Virus record (IMG/VR): IMGVR_UViG_3300050343_000281
Span: 1-64,000 of that record
Source: a virus
Reading direction: 5' to 3' (one strand)
Length of the DNA: 64,000 nt
In this document: positions 36,369-46,518 of the stretch, piece by piece
Position numbering within the stretch: the first letter of the stretch is position 1
How the letters are laid out: each line of letters opens with the position of its first letter
The notes under the pieces: model-generated
The model's database searches: none
What the model saw: the letters and a program-made list of their open reading frames with translations, nothing else
Told to the model about the DNA's origin: nothing
Translations under genes and position numbers: made by a program

Positions 36369-37937
36369 ATGCCAATCGTAAGAAAACGTCATATAAAAGG
36401 GATTAATCTAGATCCAGTTGATTTAACCTTAGATTCGTTGAATAAAGAAGGTGATTTAGCTTTAGATTCTAGTGATAGTAAATTAAAATATAGGGATGGA
36501 TCTGCTACTAGAACAGTAGTAAATACAGACGAAGAGCAAACATTTTCTAATAAAAATTTAGATAATACTAATACAGTAAATTATGAAAACTTAGCAATTG
36601 GGACAATAGATCCTTTACAAAAGGACATGGCTGATGTAGATAATGTAGCAGATGCATTAGATGCTATTAGAGTTTTAATAGACGGACAAGATCAGGCTAG
36701 TGAGATAGGTTATACTATAAAAACAGGTACTGGAGATAATTGGAACTCTTTTATAGACGAAGAAATTACTAAAGTAGATTTAGCTTTAGATGAACTAGCG
36801 TCTAGAGTTACTGCTAATAAAGAAGATATTATTTCAGATGGACAAGCATTACAAAATCACTTAAACAATGCTACAGGTGCTCACGCTGCATCTGCAATAT
36901 CAAGTGTTGCTTCTGGTAATTTAACTGCAACAGACGTACAAGCTGCTTTAGATGAGCTACAATCAGATGTAGACACTAGAGCATTAGCTGATATGGGAAC
37001 TATAACAAATGCTACTATACAAGACGCTTCTATAGAAAGTCCTATTAGATTGGACGTAAAAAAAGATGAGCTAACTGATTTAGAAACATATGCTACTACT
37101 GCTTCTGATGGGCAAATAGTATTTGCAACAGATACTAAAAAAATGTTTCAAGTTATAGACAATGTTTTAGAACCTATTGGAGCAGGTGGAGCTACTCAAT
37201 TTGAAGTAGATCAAGTTGCACATGGACTTTTAGTAGGATCTGGTGTTTATTACAATGGTACTTCTAATCAATGGGAAACAGCTCAAGCTGATAGTGCAGA
37301 TACTTTAGCTACATATGTAGTAATTGAAGCTTCTACGGATAAATTCGTAGCTGCAGACTTTGGGAGAGTAGAAGTTAGTTTACTTACCAATCCTTATTCT
37401 TTAGCTGCAGGAAATGAACTATACCTTTCTGAAGATATAGCTGGACAGCCTACTACAACAGAACCTAGTATTTTTTCTAATCCATTGTTTTATGTAGAAT
37501 CTTTAGATGCAACAGATCCAAATAACCAGTTAGCAATATTACAAGTTAAAGTATATAGGCCAGAATCTGTAGAAGCAGATGAACTATTTCCTGAAATATC
37601 ACAAACTATTTTAGATAATCAATCTGATGTATCAGTAAATGGAATAGCCTTAAATACTGCAGTACATAGAGGACTATCTTTATCTTATTCTCTTTTTAGA
37701 ACTAATGATGAGGGATTAGAAGTAGCTCAAATTGGACAGCTAAGAATAGTTTATAAAGTAGATAATGTTTCTATGAGTAATGTATTTTCTATATCAGACG
37801 ACTTTGCAGGAGATGATTCTGGAATAGAGTTTAGTGTAGATGCTAATGGTCAGGTTCAATATACTAGTTCTGCTTTAGGTGGTACTAGCCCTACAGGAAT
37901 ATTGAAGATAAAAGGATCAGAAGTATTCTTTCAATAA
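36369..37937 (+). CDS. Virion fibre/structural protein
   Basis: AHAASAIS and ATDVQAALDEL fibre motifs; shared C-terminal beta domain. Confidence 0.75.
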   Translation: MPIVRKRHIKGINLDPVDLTLDSLNKEGDLALDSSDSKLKYRDGSATRTVVNTDEEQTFSNKNLDNTNTVNYENLAIGTIDPLQKDMADVDNVADALDAIRVLIDGQDQASEIGYTIKTGTGDNWNSFIDEEITKVDLALDELASRVTANKEDIISDGQALQNHLNNATGAHAASAISSVASGNLTATDVQAALDELQSDVDTRALADMGTITNATIQDASIESPIRLDVKKDELTDLETYATTASDGQIVFATDTKKMFQVIDNVLEPIGAGGATQFEVDQVAHGLLVGSGVYYNGTSNQWETAQADSADTLATYVVIEASTDKFVAADFGRVEVSLLTNPYSLAAGNELYLSEDIAGQPTTTEPSIFSNPLFYVESLDATDPNNQLAILQVKVYRPESVEADELFPEISQTILDNQSDVSVNGIALNTAVHRGLSLSYSLFRTNDEGLEVAQIGQLRIVYKVDNVSMSNVFSISDDFAGDDSGIEFSVDANGQVQYTSSALGGTSPTGILKIKGSEVFFQ

Positions 37938-37968
37938 TATACTATAAATACTTGTTTTTATTATAAAA

Positions 37969-37980
37969 TTAACAACTATA
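37969..37980 (+). promoter_or_regulatory. Putative late promoter motif
   Basis: TTAACAACTATA. Confidence 0.7.
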
Positions 37981-38070
37981 TAATATAGTGTCAATAACGA
38001 CGCTTATTCTAACCTGAAAGGGAGTGACACTAGTTATTCTCTATTTGGAAAGTGAAAATAGGAGATACTC

Positions 38071-39438
38071 ATGAGTAAAGATTTTTTTAAGGTGAAGAAA
38101 GGCTTACACATTAAGCCATCTGATCCCTCAACACTCACTGATCTAGAAGATGGCGACATCATTGTAGACAGTACCGACAACCAACTTAAAAAGTACAGTG
38201 AAGAAGACGGAGAATTTGCAACAATTGCAGGTTCTGGTGGATCTTCTGGTAATATCATGCAAGATATTGAGAAATTAACTCCAACAGTAACTAACGTAGT
38301 TGCTACAACGGATACAGTTACTTTCTTACCAATTGAAGATAACAACAAATCAGTTAAAGCTGTATTTTCTGGATCTGATGGTTCAATAAGATACGATGCT
38401 GCTTGTGATGCAAGTTTAGACGGAGTTGAAGGTTCTGTTAAAGTTTGGATTAAAACTGCTTTAGATAACTTAACAATAGTTGCTACTAAAGATGGTGTAG
38501 CACAAAACGAAGGACTAACAATTAACTCTACTGATAAGTGGAGACAATATGAAATTCCTGTAGTATTAGGCGATGCTGATTATGGATTTGAAGTACAAGC
38601 TTCTGGATCTGTAGCTGGTGATGTTCATATTGACGAGGGGTTTGTTAAAGTTGAAAAACAAATACAGATTGAAGAAGTAACAGCTGACTTAACTGCTGCA
38701 ACTGCTAATGAATTAAGTGCAAGTGTTACTTCTGCTGCATCAATAACAAGTCAAAATTATAATTATTTAAGTAATTGTGTAAATAATTTTGCAGGTTCTT
38801 ATACTTGTAATTTTGAAGCAGCATTGTTTAGTGAATCACCTAGCTGTGTTGTAACTACAGAAAGTGATGGTATATTAGCGGCTATTTCAGCCACAAGTAC
38901 TTCAAGCCTTACTGTAAGAACTAGAAGACATGACAATTCACCTTTAAATGCAGCTTTCAAATTACACTGTTCAAAGCAAGGTGCAGATGTTAACAAATCT
39001 TTTGTAGGTGCTGTTATTAAAGAATCTAGCATTAGTCAGACTAAGTGTCAGACTAAGTTTTTAAGTCTTAATAGAACTTCAGATGTAACAAATGAACCTG
39101 ACTTGCGATTTAATAACTTAACAATTGGTAAAAAATACGAGTTAAATTTAAGCTTTAGATCACAAAGGTCTTCTACAGGTACTGACAACATTGGTTTGGT
39201 TATAAATCATAACAGTTCTATTGTTTTAGATACAAATCACTCTCATGCTAATGCTGGAGGTACTTCAGTTTATCAAACAGGTGCTTCTTCAAAATTTACA
39301 GCATCTACAACTGAGATAACTACAAATCTAACCAGTATATCAACAAACTCGTTAGTTAAAGGTGGTGACAACAGAAGTTCAACTTGGATTGAATTATGCC
39401 AGCTTCCAGACACAGTTATAGATACTGACGAATGGTAA
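38071..39438 (+). CDS. Tail fibre / receptor-binding-like protein
   Basis: Modular, S/T-rich beta domains, in the structural module. Confidence 0.65.
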   Translation: MSKDFFKVKKGLHIKPSDPSTLTDLEDGDIIVDSTDNQLKKYSEEDGEFATIAGSGGSSGNIMQDIEKLTPTVTNVVATTDTVTFLPIEDNNKSVKAVFSGSDGSIRYDAACDASLDGVEGSVKVWIKTALDNLTIVATKDGVAQNEGLTINSTDKWRQYEIPVVLGDADYGFEVQASGSVAGDVHIDEGFVKVEKQIQIEEVTADLTAATANELSASVTSAASITSQNYNYLSNCVNNFAGSYTCNFEAALFSESPSCVVTTESDGILAAISATSTSSLTVRTRRHDNSPLNAAFKLHCSKQGADVNKSFVGAVIKESSISQTKCQTKFLSLNRTSDVTNEPDLRFNNLTIGKKYELNLSFRSQRSSTGTDNIGLVINHNSSIVLDTNHSHANAGGTSVYQTGASSKFTASTTEITTNLTSISTNSLVKGGDNRSSTWIELCQLPDTVIDTDEW

Positions 39439-39445
39439 AACAAAT

Positions 39446-39465
39446 GGCAGGGATAATTCCCTGCC
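39446..39465. terminator. GC-rich hairpin, probable terminator
   Basis: GGCAGGGA-TAAT-TCCCTGCC. Confidence 0.6.
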
Positions 39466-39473
39466 CTAAATGC

Positions 39474-39503
39474 TTGACAATATGTTAGATTACATGGTAT
39501 GAT
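39474..39503 (+). promoter_or_regulatory. Sigma70-type promoter inside the late arm
   Basis: TTGACA-18-TATGAT with extended TG. Confidence 0.65.
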
Positions 39504-39529
39504 TTAACTATTTATCAAGGAGATTTTGT

Positions 39530-40012
39530 ATGATTAATATCGACAATGTAGAACAAGCTAATAAATTCAAGGAAGAAGAATTTTCAGTACTTTTAATATG
39601 GGCAGAAGGATGTGAGTTTTGTGAAGAAGCGAAACCCATGTTCCAAGTCCTAGAAGATAAGTTCACTGACTTTAATTTTTATCAGTGGAAACTCGACAAG
39701 GATAGTTTCGAGTTTTATTCTCAGTATGAGGAAAAAGAACCTATTAGAATACCTTCTGTGGACGAAGATGGCGACCCCATTCTAGATGCTAAAGGTAATC
39801 AGATTTCACAACTGGCTACTGACGAAAATGGGGAAGTTGTAAAACGTGCTCCAATAGCAGTCCCTAAGCTTTACGTATTCCACGGAGAAGAGTCTACAGA
39901 GGAGAACCCTTATGGACTATTAGGTAAAGTAGACGGCTTCAATATGGAGCAATTAGAGGCTATTTTAGGGCAGATTAAGGGTATGCAGGAGGAAGAAGAT
40001 GGGGAAGCTTAA
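39530..40012 (+). CDS. Thioredoxin-like protein
   Basis: WAEGCEFC and cis-Pro loop IAVPKL, with an acidic insertion. Confidence 0.75.
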   Translation: MINIDNVEQANKFKEEEFSVLLIWAEGCEFCEEAKPMFQVLEDKFTDFNFYQWKLDKDSFEFYSQYEEKEPIRIPSVDEDGDPILDAKGNQISQLATDENGEVVKRAPIAVPKLYVFHGEESTEENPYGLLGKVDGFNMEQLEAILGQIKGMQEEEDGEA

Positions 40013-40238
40013 AAGCGGAGCTAAAAGTCTATTTACAATTGCTAAAAACGCTGCTAAAGGAGTGGACCAATCTGTTCCAGAAGAAGTGGCTAAAGAGAGA
40101 TTAGAAATCTGCAATAATTGTCCAAAAATGATAAAATTGACTGGTAATTGTGCGGAATGTGGTTGCTTTCTTTCAGCCAAGAGTAAATTTAGACAAGAAA
40201 AGTGTCCTTTAGGTAAATGGGACGAATGGAAGCCTTAA
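39999..40238 (+). CDS. Cys-rich small protein (DUF6171-like)
   Basis: RLEICNNCP..CAECGCFL.AK....EKCPLGKW. Confidence 0.75.
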   Translation: MGKLKSGAKSLFTIAKNAAKGVDQSVPEEVAKERLEICNNCPKMIKLTGNCAECGCFLSAKSKFRQEKCPLGKWDEWKP

Positions 40239-40251
40239 TTTAACAACTATA
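40239..40251 (+). promoter_or_regulatory. Putative late promoter motif
   Basis: TTTAACAACTATA. Confidence 0.75.
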
Positions 40252-40279
40252 ACTATAAGATATTGAAATAGGTATAGTT

Positions 40280-41017
40280 ATGGGTTTTGTTAAGAAAAAA
40301 GGCATTAAAGAAGAGCTTGTTACAAAAAACGACTCTCAACATGTAAAAAATAAAAATATAACAAATTCAATAATATCTAATAGTAAATTACAGAACGTAG
40401 AATTAGAAAATTGTACTATTACAAATACAAAAAACAACTTAATACGATGTTTCAATAACTTAGAAGATGCAGAAAAAGAAACTGATATTGTAAAAGTTGG
40501 AGAAATAATTTACGTAAACGATTTACAAAAATTATTCCAAACAGATTTAGTTAAAGGTGAAAAAGCTTTTATAGAGCTTTTGAAAAAAATACCGCCAGTT
40601 ACTCTGAAAGCTTCAGATACTAGTGGTCAATATATAACTGCTAATTCAGAAAACGTGTTGTTGTTCAGTAATATTGATTATAAAACAGATGACATAGAAT
40701 TACAAGGTAATAATGTAGTTAGTATTGAAAAAACAGGAGTATATCTATTAACTGCTAATTTTACTGTAAATAACGTAGTTAAAGAAGATACTTTAAATAA
40801 ATTTGCAATTAAAAAAAGCAATAAAGAAATAATTAATATAACTAACTTTTTTATAAAACAAGATAGTATAGGATATTTATCTGGAAGATTTGAAGGAATA
40901 TTTGAAAAAGGTACTAGCTTTAGCTTAGTTTTGAATATAAATGGAAACCAAGATAAATACCTTGATTTAAAAAAAGGTACTAATTATCTAAATATAAAAC
41001 TTTTAGAAGAATTATAA
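40280..41017 (+). CDS. Structural-like protein with C1q/TNF-like C-terminal domain
   Basis: IEKTGVYLLTANF pattern. Confidence 0.55.
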   Translation: MGFVKKKGIKEELVTKNDSQHVKNKNITNSIISNSKLQNVELENCTITNTKNNLIRCFNNLEDAEKETDIVKVGEIIYVNDLQKLFQTDLVKGEKAFIELLKKIPPVTLKASDTSGQYITANSENVLLFSNIDYKTDDIELQGNNVVSIEKTGVYLLTANFTVNNVVKEDTLNKFAIKKSNKEIINITNFFIKQDSIGYLSGRFEGIFEKGTSFSLVLNINGNQDKYLDLKKGTNYLNIKLLEEL

Positions 41018-41029
41018 AGAAGAAATAAT

Positions 41030-41314
41030 ATGGCAAAGTTTAGTAAAATAAAAGAAAAAATGCGTTGCGGAGAAGTTAAGACATCTAGCAGACCTGGAAA
41101 AAAGGTTATGAAGAAAGTATGTAAAGACGGTAAAGAAAAAATCGTACATGCTGGTGCAAAAGGATACAAGCATAACTATTCTAAGGACGCTAAGAAATCT
41201 TTTAGAGCTAGACATAAGTGCGATGAGCCTAAAGCATGGGACTCTGCTCAAAAAGTAGCTTGTGAAGAGCTGTGGAGTAGGAGTATGAAGATTGGTAAGA
41301 AGAGAAAGAAGTAA
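41030..41314 (+). CDS. Small basic protein (DUF5754-like) with N-terminal FSKIK
   Basis: SSRPGKK..KIVHAGAKGY..KSFRARHKC. Confidence 0.6.
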   Translation: MAKFSKIKEKMRCGEVKTSSRPGKKVMKKVCKDGKEKIVHAGAKGYKHNYSKDAKKSFRARHKCDEPKAWDSAQKVACEELWSRSMKIGKKRKK

Positions 41315-41793
41315 TGCACTTTGTTATCATTACCAACTTAGTATTAAACAAAAAGTATATTGGTAAGTTTGATACTAAAAAAGAATGTGATGAGTGGGTA
41401 AAAAACCACAAATTAAAAGGCAAAGATAGAGTAATAAAAAGATCTGATAAAAAGTTAAAAGGATTTGAAGTTTTATTAGAAGATAAAGACTCTGATGGAA
41501 ATATAGAATACGTTTTAGAAGGAGCTAGTGAGTATAAAGTTGAGTATTTATCTCATGATCCATTTGAAGCAGTAAATCATTGGAATGACTTTAGTAGTAG
41601 AAGGCTATGGTTATTAAAAGAAACTGATTGGAGTCAAATATCTGATGCTGAGATTTCTACTGAAGAAAGAAGATTATATAAAGAATATAGAAAGTATATA
41701 AGAAGAAAAAATAAAGAATATAATGACGAAACTATAAAAAATTGGAAGATACTTAGTTACAGAGAATATGTAAGAATGAAGTATCCAAAATAA
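41314..41793 (+). CDS. Tail fibre assembly chaperone
   Basis: RLWLLKETDWSQISDA..YRKYIR motif. Confidence 0.7.
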   Translation: MHFVIITNLVLNKKYIGKFDTKKECDEWVKNHKLKGKDRVIKRSDKKLKGFEVLLEDKDSDGNIEYVLEGASEYKVEYLSHDPFEAVNHWNDFSSRRLWLLKETDWSQISDAEISTEERRLYKEYRKYIRRKNKEYNDETIKNWKILSYREYVRMKYPK

Positions 41794-41802
41794 GGAGAAT
41801 AT

Positions 41803-42042
41803 ATGGATCAGTTTATTTTTTTAATGGAGCAGTATCCAGTAATAAAAGATATAGTAGCTGCTATGGTATTATGTAGAATAGTGTTTAAAACAGTATTTAC
41901 AGTAGCTCAAAAATATGTAGATTTTACTGTAACTAAAGAAGATGATAAAAAACTACATAAAATAATGGATAGTAAGTATTACAAAATAGCTGCTTTTTTG
42001 GTTGATTTACTAGCTAGTGTTAAGTTACCAAAATTAAAATAA
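41803..42042 (+). CDS. Holin-like membrane protein
   Basis: Hydrophobic segments and T.TKEDD motif. Confidence 0.45.
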   Translation: MDQFIFLMEQYPVIKDIVAAMVLCRIVFKTVFTVAQKYVDFTVTKEDDKKLHKIMDSKYYKIAAFLVDLLASVKLPKLK

Positions 42043-42051
42043 GGAATAATC

Positions 42052-42405
42052 ATGGGTTTTGTATTAGACGCAATTCTTAAAAAAATAATAGATTCTGACT
42101 TTACTGTAAATACAGAGTATGTTTCTCCTGCTATAGACATTGATAATAGAGAAGATGACTTTTCAGTACAGTTAGTTTACGATAACGGAACTAATGTAGA
42201 TATGCTACTCCAACTAGAGGTTTCTACTAATGGAGTAGATTTTTCTACTATTAATGAAGCTAATCAAAATATTACTGATAGTAGTGGATCTCATATTTGG
42301 GACATTTCTGGTTCTGGAGTTAGTTATTTAAGAGTTAAAGTTGTAGTTACAACAGGATCTATTGATGTTAGTAATGTTATATATTCAGCTAAAAGAAGAC
42401 ACTAA
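42052..42405 (+). CDS. Small beta-sandwich structural protein
   Basis: LQLEVSTNGVDF..YLRVKV. Confidence 0.6.
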   Translation: MGFVLDAILKKIIDSDFTVNTEYVSPAIDIDNREDDFSVQLVYDNGTNVDMLLQLEVSTNGVDFSTINEANQNITDSSGSHIWDISGSGVSYLRVKVVVTTGSIDVSNVIYSAKRRH

Positions 42406-42415
42406 GGAGTAAGTA

Positions 42416-44530
42416 GTGGCTAATACTTATATAAGAATAGGAATAGGACTTACTGGATCAGGATCAGGAGGAGATACATTTAGAGTAAAAATATCTTCAG
42501 ATGATAATACTCCAGCTTTTTTAGAAGATAAAATTAAAGTAGGATCTAATAAACTTACTAAAGTAATAGAAAATCCTGGTGCAGATGAAAGAGTTGTATT
42601 AGATATTAGTCAAGAATTTATAGACACAGAAATAGAATTAAAATTAGAGGAGTTAGAAAGTTCATTAAATTCTTTAATACTTAATATAACTGAAGGAATA
42701 GACGAAAATATAGATTCTATTAATTCAAACATTAATAACATAAACCAACTAATACAAGAATTAAATTTAGAAATAACAGAAGTAGAAGAGTCCACTTTAA
42801 TTATAATAATAGCCTTAAAAGAAGAACTAGAACTAAATTTGCAAAATCTCAAATCTCAAATTGATGAAATAGAAGATATGGATGATAATCTTGCTCAAGG
42901 GTTATCAGAATTAGAAGATTCTTTATTGAATATAATAATTTCTAATAAATTAGATACTGATGCTGATTTATTAGAAGTAAAGGAAAGTTTAGAAAGTCAA
43001 GTAAGTGAAATTAAGGATAATGTAGATTTAATAGAATCTAATTTAGAAGACATAATAATTTCTAATAAATTAGATACTGATGCTGATATAGTAAATTTGG
43101 AAAATTCTATATCTACTAGTATAGAAAGTTCTATCTCAGAAATAACAGAAGCAACTAATGAACCAACTGGTTTTGTAAATAGAACTGACAGTGTAGTTAC
43201 ATTTGACGATGTTACTTTTACATTAAGTATTCAGCCTACAGTAGACTCTTTTGATATTTTTATAAAAGGAAATAAATGTACAAAAACTTCTGAAGAAAGT
43301 GTGTCTTTAGATAACAACTTATCTGGTAATCATTATTTTTTCTATAACGAAGACGGAGTTTTAATTGTATCTAATATATTTACTCCTAATATTTTTATAG
43401 AAAATGCAATTGTAGCTGTAGTATATTGGAATACAGATTTACAAGAACATGTTTATTTTGCAGAAGAGAGACATGGACTTCAAATGGACGGAGCTACTCA
43501 TGGATATTTACACACTACTTTCGGTGCTAGGTATATATCAGGGTTAGCTTTAGAAAATTTTTCTAATGTAGGAGGTCCGAGTTTAGATGTATCTTCTGGT
43601 AGTATTAGGGACGAAGATTTACTGCTCCAAATAAATCCTTCTACAACTTCACAACTTGGTATTATGTATAGAATTGGGAATCAATGGAGAAAAGATGGCG
43701 GACTTTCTTATCCTTTATTATACGGAGGATCTGTTTCTTCTTATCAAGGACTTGATTTAAGAGTTCCTTATAATGAATTTGATGAAATGTCCCAAGCTTG
43801 GGCTTTAGTGGAGGCTGATAATAATAACTTTGTATTAGTACATTACTTTGCTACGAACGACGTAGAGACTCCTATAGTAGCTATTCAAGGCACACAGCAA
43901 TATAATAATATACCTGATGCTAAAAATGGCGCAGCTAGTGAGATTAACTTACTTTCTGGATTACCGTTTTTAGAATTTGTTTCTATTGGTACAGTTGTAT
44001 ATGAAACTTCAAATGGTTTTACTAGACCTTCTTTAGCTGAATATGTAGAAATACAACCTGGAGTTGATTACGTAGACTTTAGAGGAACACAACCATATAC
44101 TCCTGCAGGTACTGCTACTTCTCATAGTATATTATCAGGACTAGCTAACGATGATCACTTTCAATATCTTACAGAAGAAAGGGCAGATATTTGGTATCAA
44201 AATAAATTCCCTTTAGAGATACTAGAACAAGATGTTACTTTTTTAGATGCTCAAACAGATGTAAATTCTGGTATAGTTTTAACAAATGATATGCAGGCTG
44301 TAAACATAGAAGTTGCTATAGAAAGAGGAACTAATATAGAATATTTACAGGTAGAAGCTGTAAGAACTCCTGCCAGCTTAGATTGGGCTGTTTCTACTAC
44401 ATCTCTGGGAAATAATAGCGGAGTTTCTATAGATGTAATAGGAAATAATATAAAATATACGTGTACTAGTACAGGAATAAATGCCCTAGCTAGAATAAAA
44501 GTAAACGGAATAGGATACAACATACCATAG
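42416..44530 (+). CDS. Virion fibre protein with acidic coiled-coil stalk
   Basis: ISSDDNTPAFLEDKI; duplicated IIISNKLDTDAD; HSILSGLANDDHFQYL. Confidence 0.7.
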   Translation: MANTYIRIGIGLTGSGSGGDTFRVKISSDDNTPAFLEDKIKVGSNKLTKVIENPGADERVVLDISQEFIDTEIELKLEELESSLNSLILNITEGIDENIDSINSNINNINQLIQELNLEITEVEESTLIIIIALKEELELNLQNLKSQIDEIEDMDDNLAQGLSELEDSLLNIIISNKLDTDADLLEVKESLESQVSEIKDNVDLIESNLEDIIISNKLDTDADIVNLENSISTSIESSISEITEATNEPTGFVNRTDSVVTFDDVTFTLSIQPTVDSFDIFIKGNKCTKTSEESVSLDNNLSGNHYFFYNEDGVLIVSNIFTPNIFIENAIVAVVYWNTDLQEHVYFAEERHGLQMDGATHGYLHTTFGARYISGLALENFSNVGGPSLDVSSGSIRDEDLLLQINPSTTSQLGIMYRIGNQWRKDGGLSYPLLYGGSVSSYQGLDLRVPYNEFDEMSQAWALVEADNNNFVLVHYFATNDVETPIVAIQGTQQYNNIPDAKNGAASEINLLSGLPFLEFVSIGTVVYETSNGFTRPSLAEYVEIQPGVDYVDFRGTQPYTPAGTATSHSILSGLANDDHFQYLTEERADIWYQNKFPLEILEQDVTFLDAQTDVNSGIVLTNDMQAVNIEVAIERGTNIEYLQVEAVRTPASLDWAVSTTSLGNNSGVSIDVIGNNIKYTCTSTGINALARIKVNGIGYNIP

Positions 44531-44548
44531 ACATAATAGGATTTTACA

Positions 44549-44857
44549 ATGGACAATTACAAAAGACAAGAAGAAGAGGAAGCAAAAGAAGCTATTAGAA
44601 AGATAGCATCTGCTAGAATACAACCTTATTTAGAAAAAGCTGCTAAAAAAGCAGAAAGAAAATTATCTGACCTTGCATATGACGGTGGATTAGATGATGA
44701 GACTCTGAAAAAAATTGCAGGTACAGTAGGCGCTTTAGGTGCTATTGGCAAGGGAGAATTAGAAGGTGGTTTTGATATTGACGAAAATACTAGAGTAGAA
44801 GGTAGAGTTTCTCCTAGAGAACAAGCCATTAGGTTATTGTATAATCAGAGATTTTAA
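44549..44857 (+). CDS. Hypothetical protein
   Basis: ORF with RBS. Confidence 0.6.
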   Translation: MDNYKRQEEEEAKEAIRKIASARIQPYLEKAAKKAERKLSDLAYDGGLDDETLKKIAGTVGALGAIGKGELEGGFDIDENTRVEGRVSPREQAIRLLYNQRF

Positions 44858-44877
44858 ATTTTTTATTAAAAAAAGGG

Positions 44878-44905
44878 TTGACTTACTTTAAATTAAGCTT
44901 ATAAT
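44878..44905 (+). promoter_or_regulatory. Possible sigma70 promoter
   Basis: TTGACT-16-TATAAT. Confidence 0.5.
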
Positions 44906-45018
44906 ATATACTATAGAACGCTCTAAAAATCCCCAATATATAGTATTTGTTATCAAGCTACGTATTAAAAATACATGATACGTAAATTAACGCTCGGTAT
45001 AGAACTATAGGGAATTAT

Positions 45019-45921
45019 ATGAAACTTGTAAATAATAAAAAAGTTTTAGTAGAAGATGTAGAAGGTACATCTCAATACGATGGACAACAAGTATTAAAAG
45101 ATGTCCACTCCCTTCCAGGGCATTATTTACGAACTAAAGACGCATTTTCTCTAGTTACAGCTCATTTTGACAGCTTTCAAGTTACTTACGATTCTAACAA
45201 TAATCCTACATTTATATCATATCTAGTTGGAATTACTCCACATTTAACAACTATAGGACTATCTGGAGATGTTAATGGATCTTTACAAGATACTGGATTT
45301 ATTATAAGTTCTTCTAAGAAGGAAAAAAGATTTGCTATTTACTATACAGTATCTGGACAAGGTAGTGCTCCTAGTATGGATGGAGTTACTAACATAGAAG
45401 TGCCTCTTGAATTAGATGATAGTGGGCAAATAGTAGCTCTTGCTACTAAATTAGCACTAGAAAAAACTTGTGAATTTGATATTAAAACTTTTAACTCTGT
45501 TTTAGAAATAAAAACTAAAGAGTTAGGAATTACAAATAATACAATACTTCTACCAAATTCTTCATTTTTGATACAAAATACAAGTGGAGAAGTAGAAAAA
45601 GTAGAAGAAGTTAATATAAGTTACTCAGACTCTGGATACCCTATTTGGCAGGGACAAGAGTTAAAAGAACATAAGTATAATATATATACTGCGAAATTTG
45701 AAACATTAGTTGCAGATTATACAGATGTTTATGGAAAGAAGTCTTTAAATGTAGTAAATTCTGATGAAGTAGTATGGGACGAAATAGTAACTTCTTTTCC
45801 AGATACGACATCTGAACTATACACGTATAGATTTGAACAAAATACTGTTCAAACTGTTTTAGTAACTTATGCTAACGGAAGTAGAAGTTCTATTTTGAGT
45901 GTAGTAAAAACAAGGGTATAA
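45019..45921 (+). CDS. Virion structural protein
   Basis: Contains a module similar to the repeats in the 2031-aa nozzle protein. Confidence 0.6.
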   Translation: MKLVNNKKVLVEDVEGTSQYDGQQVLKDVHSLPGHYLRTKDAFSLVTAHFDSFQVTYDSNNNPTFISYLVGITPHLTTIGLSGDVNGSLQDTGFIISSSKKEKRFAIYYTVSGQGSAPSMDGVTNIEVPLELDDSGQIVALATKLALEKTCEFDIKTFNSVLEIKTKELGITNNTILLPNSSFLIQNTSGEVEKVEEVNISYSDSGYPIWQGQELKEHKYNIYTAKFETLVADYTDVYGKKSLNVVNSDEVVWDEIVTSFPDTTSELYTYRFEQNTVQTVLVTYANGSRSSILSVVKTRV

Positions 45922-45922
45922 A

Positions 45923-46111
45923 ATGGCTTGGAGATTTGATCCACAAATTATAGATATAGTATTTGTTCAAAATCCAGATCAAATTCAGGCTAGCGGTTCT
46001 ATTGATTTTGGAGAAGACATTACTTCAGATATATCAATTGATACTGGAGATAGAACTAATGATACCTCCATACTAGATCAAGGCGAGAGAGTAATAGATG
46101 GCAATATTTAA
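45923..46111 (+). CDS. Small acidic structural protein
   Basis: MAWRFDP start; D-x-G repeats. Confidence 0.55.
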   Translation: MAWRFDPQIIDIVFVQNPDQIQASGSIDFGEDITSDISIDTGDRTNDTSILDQGERVIDGNI

Positions 46112-46475
46112 AGTACCTAGAATAACAACATCTCAAAGGCAGAATCTAATTCTTCAAATTGGAGAAATAGTTTATGATACTGACCAAGATATTTTTTATG
46201 GAGGAGATGATGAAACTTTAGGTGGATTTACTATAGGTAAAGGTGCTGGAGATGTCGTAGAACGTATAGAATTAGAAGAAGAAAATATATTTAACAAATT
46301 TGTAACACTAGGAGATACTCCTGTAATATCTCAAAACGTAACTGTTACTCCAGAAGGCGGAATAACTCAAGTTAACGGCATAGACTTTAGAGTAGTAGGA
46401 AATACTATTAGATGGGATGGCATGGGACTTGATGGAGTTTTAGATAAAGACGATTCTTTAATAGTACAATATTAA
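46098..46475 (+). CDS. Mtd_N / hyaluronidase-N-like fibre protein
   Basis: VPRITTSQR....GEIVYDTD..FYGGD. Confidence 0.7.
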   Translation: MAIFKVPRITTSQRQNLILQIGEIVYDTDQDIFYGGDDETLGGFTIGKGAGDVVERIELEEENIFNKFVTLGDTPVISQNVTVTPEGGITQVNGIDFRVVGNTIRWDGMGLDGVLDKDDSLIVQY

Positions 46476-46518
46476 GTTTTACAGCTAAACTGCTGTAATT
46501 AAACCAAAAGGAGTGTGT

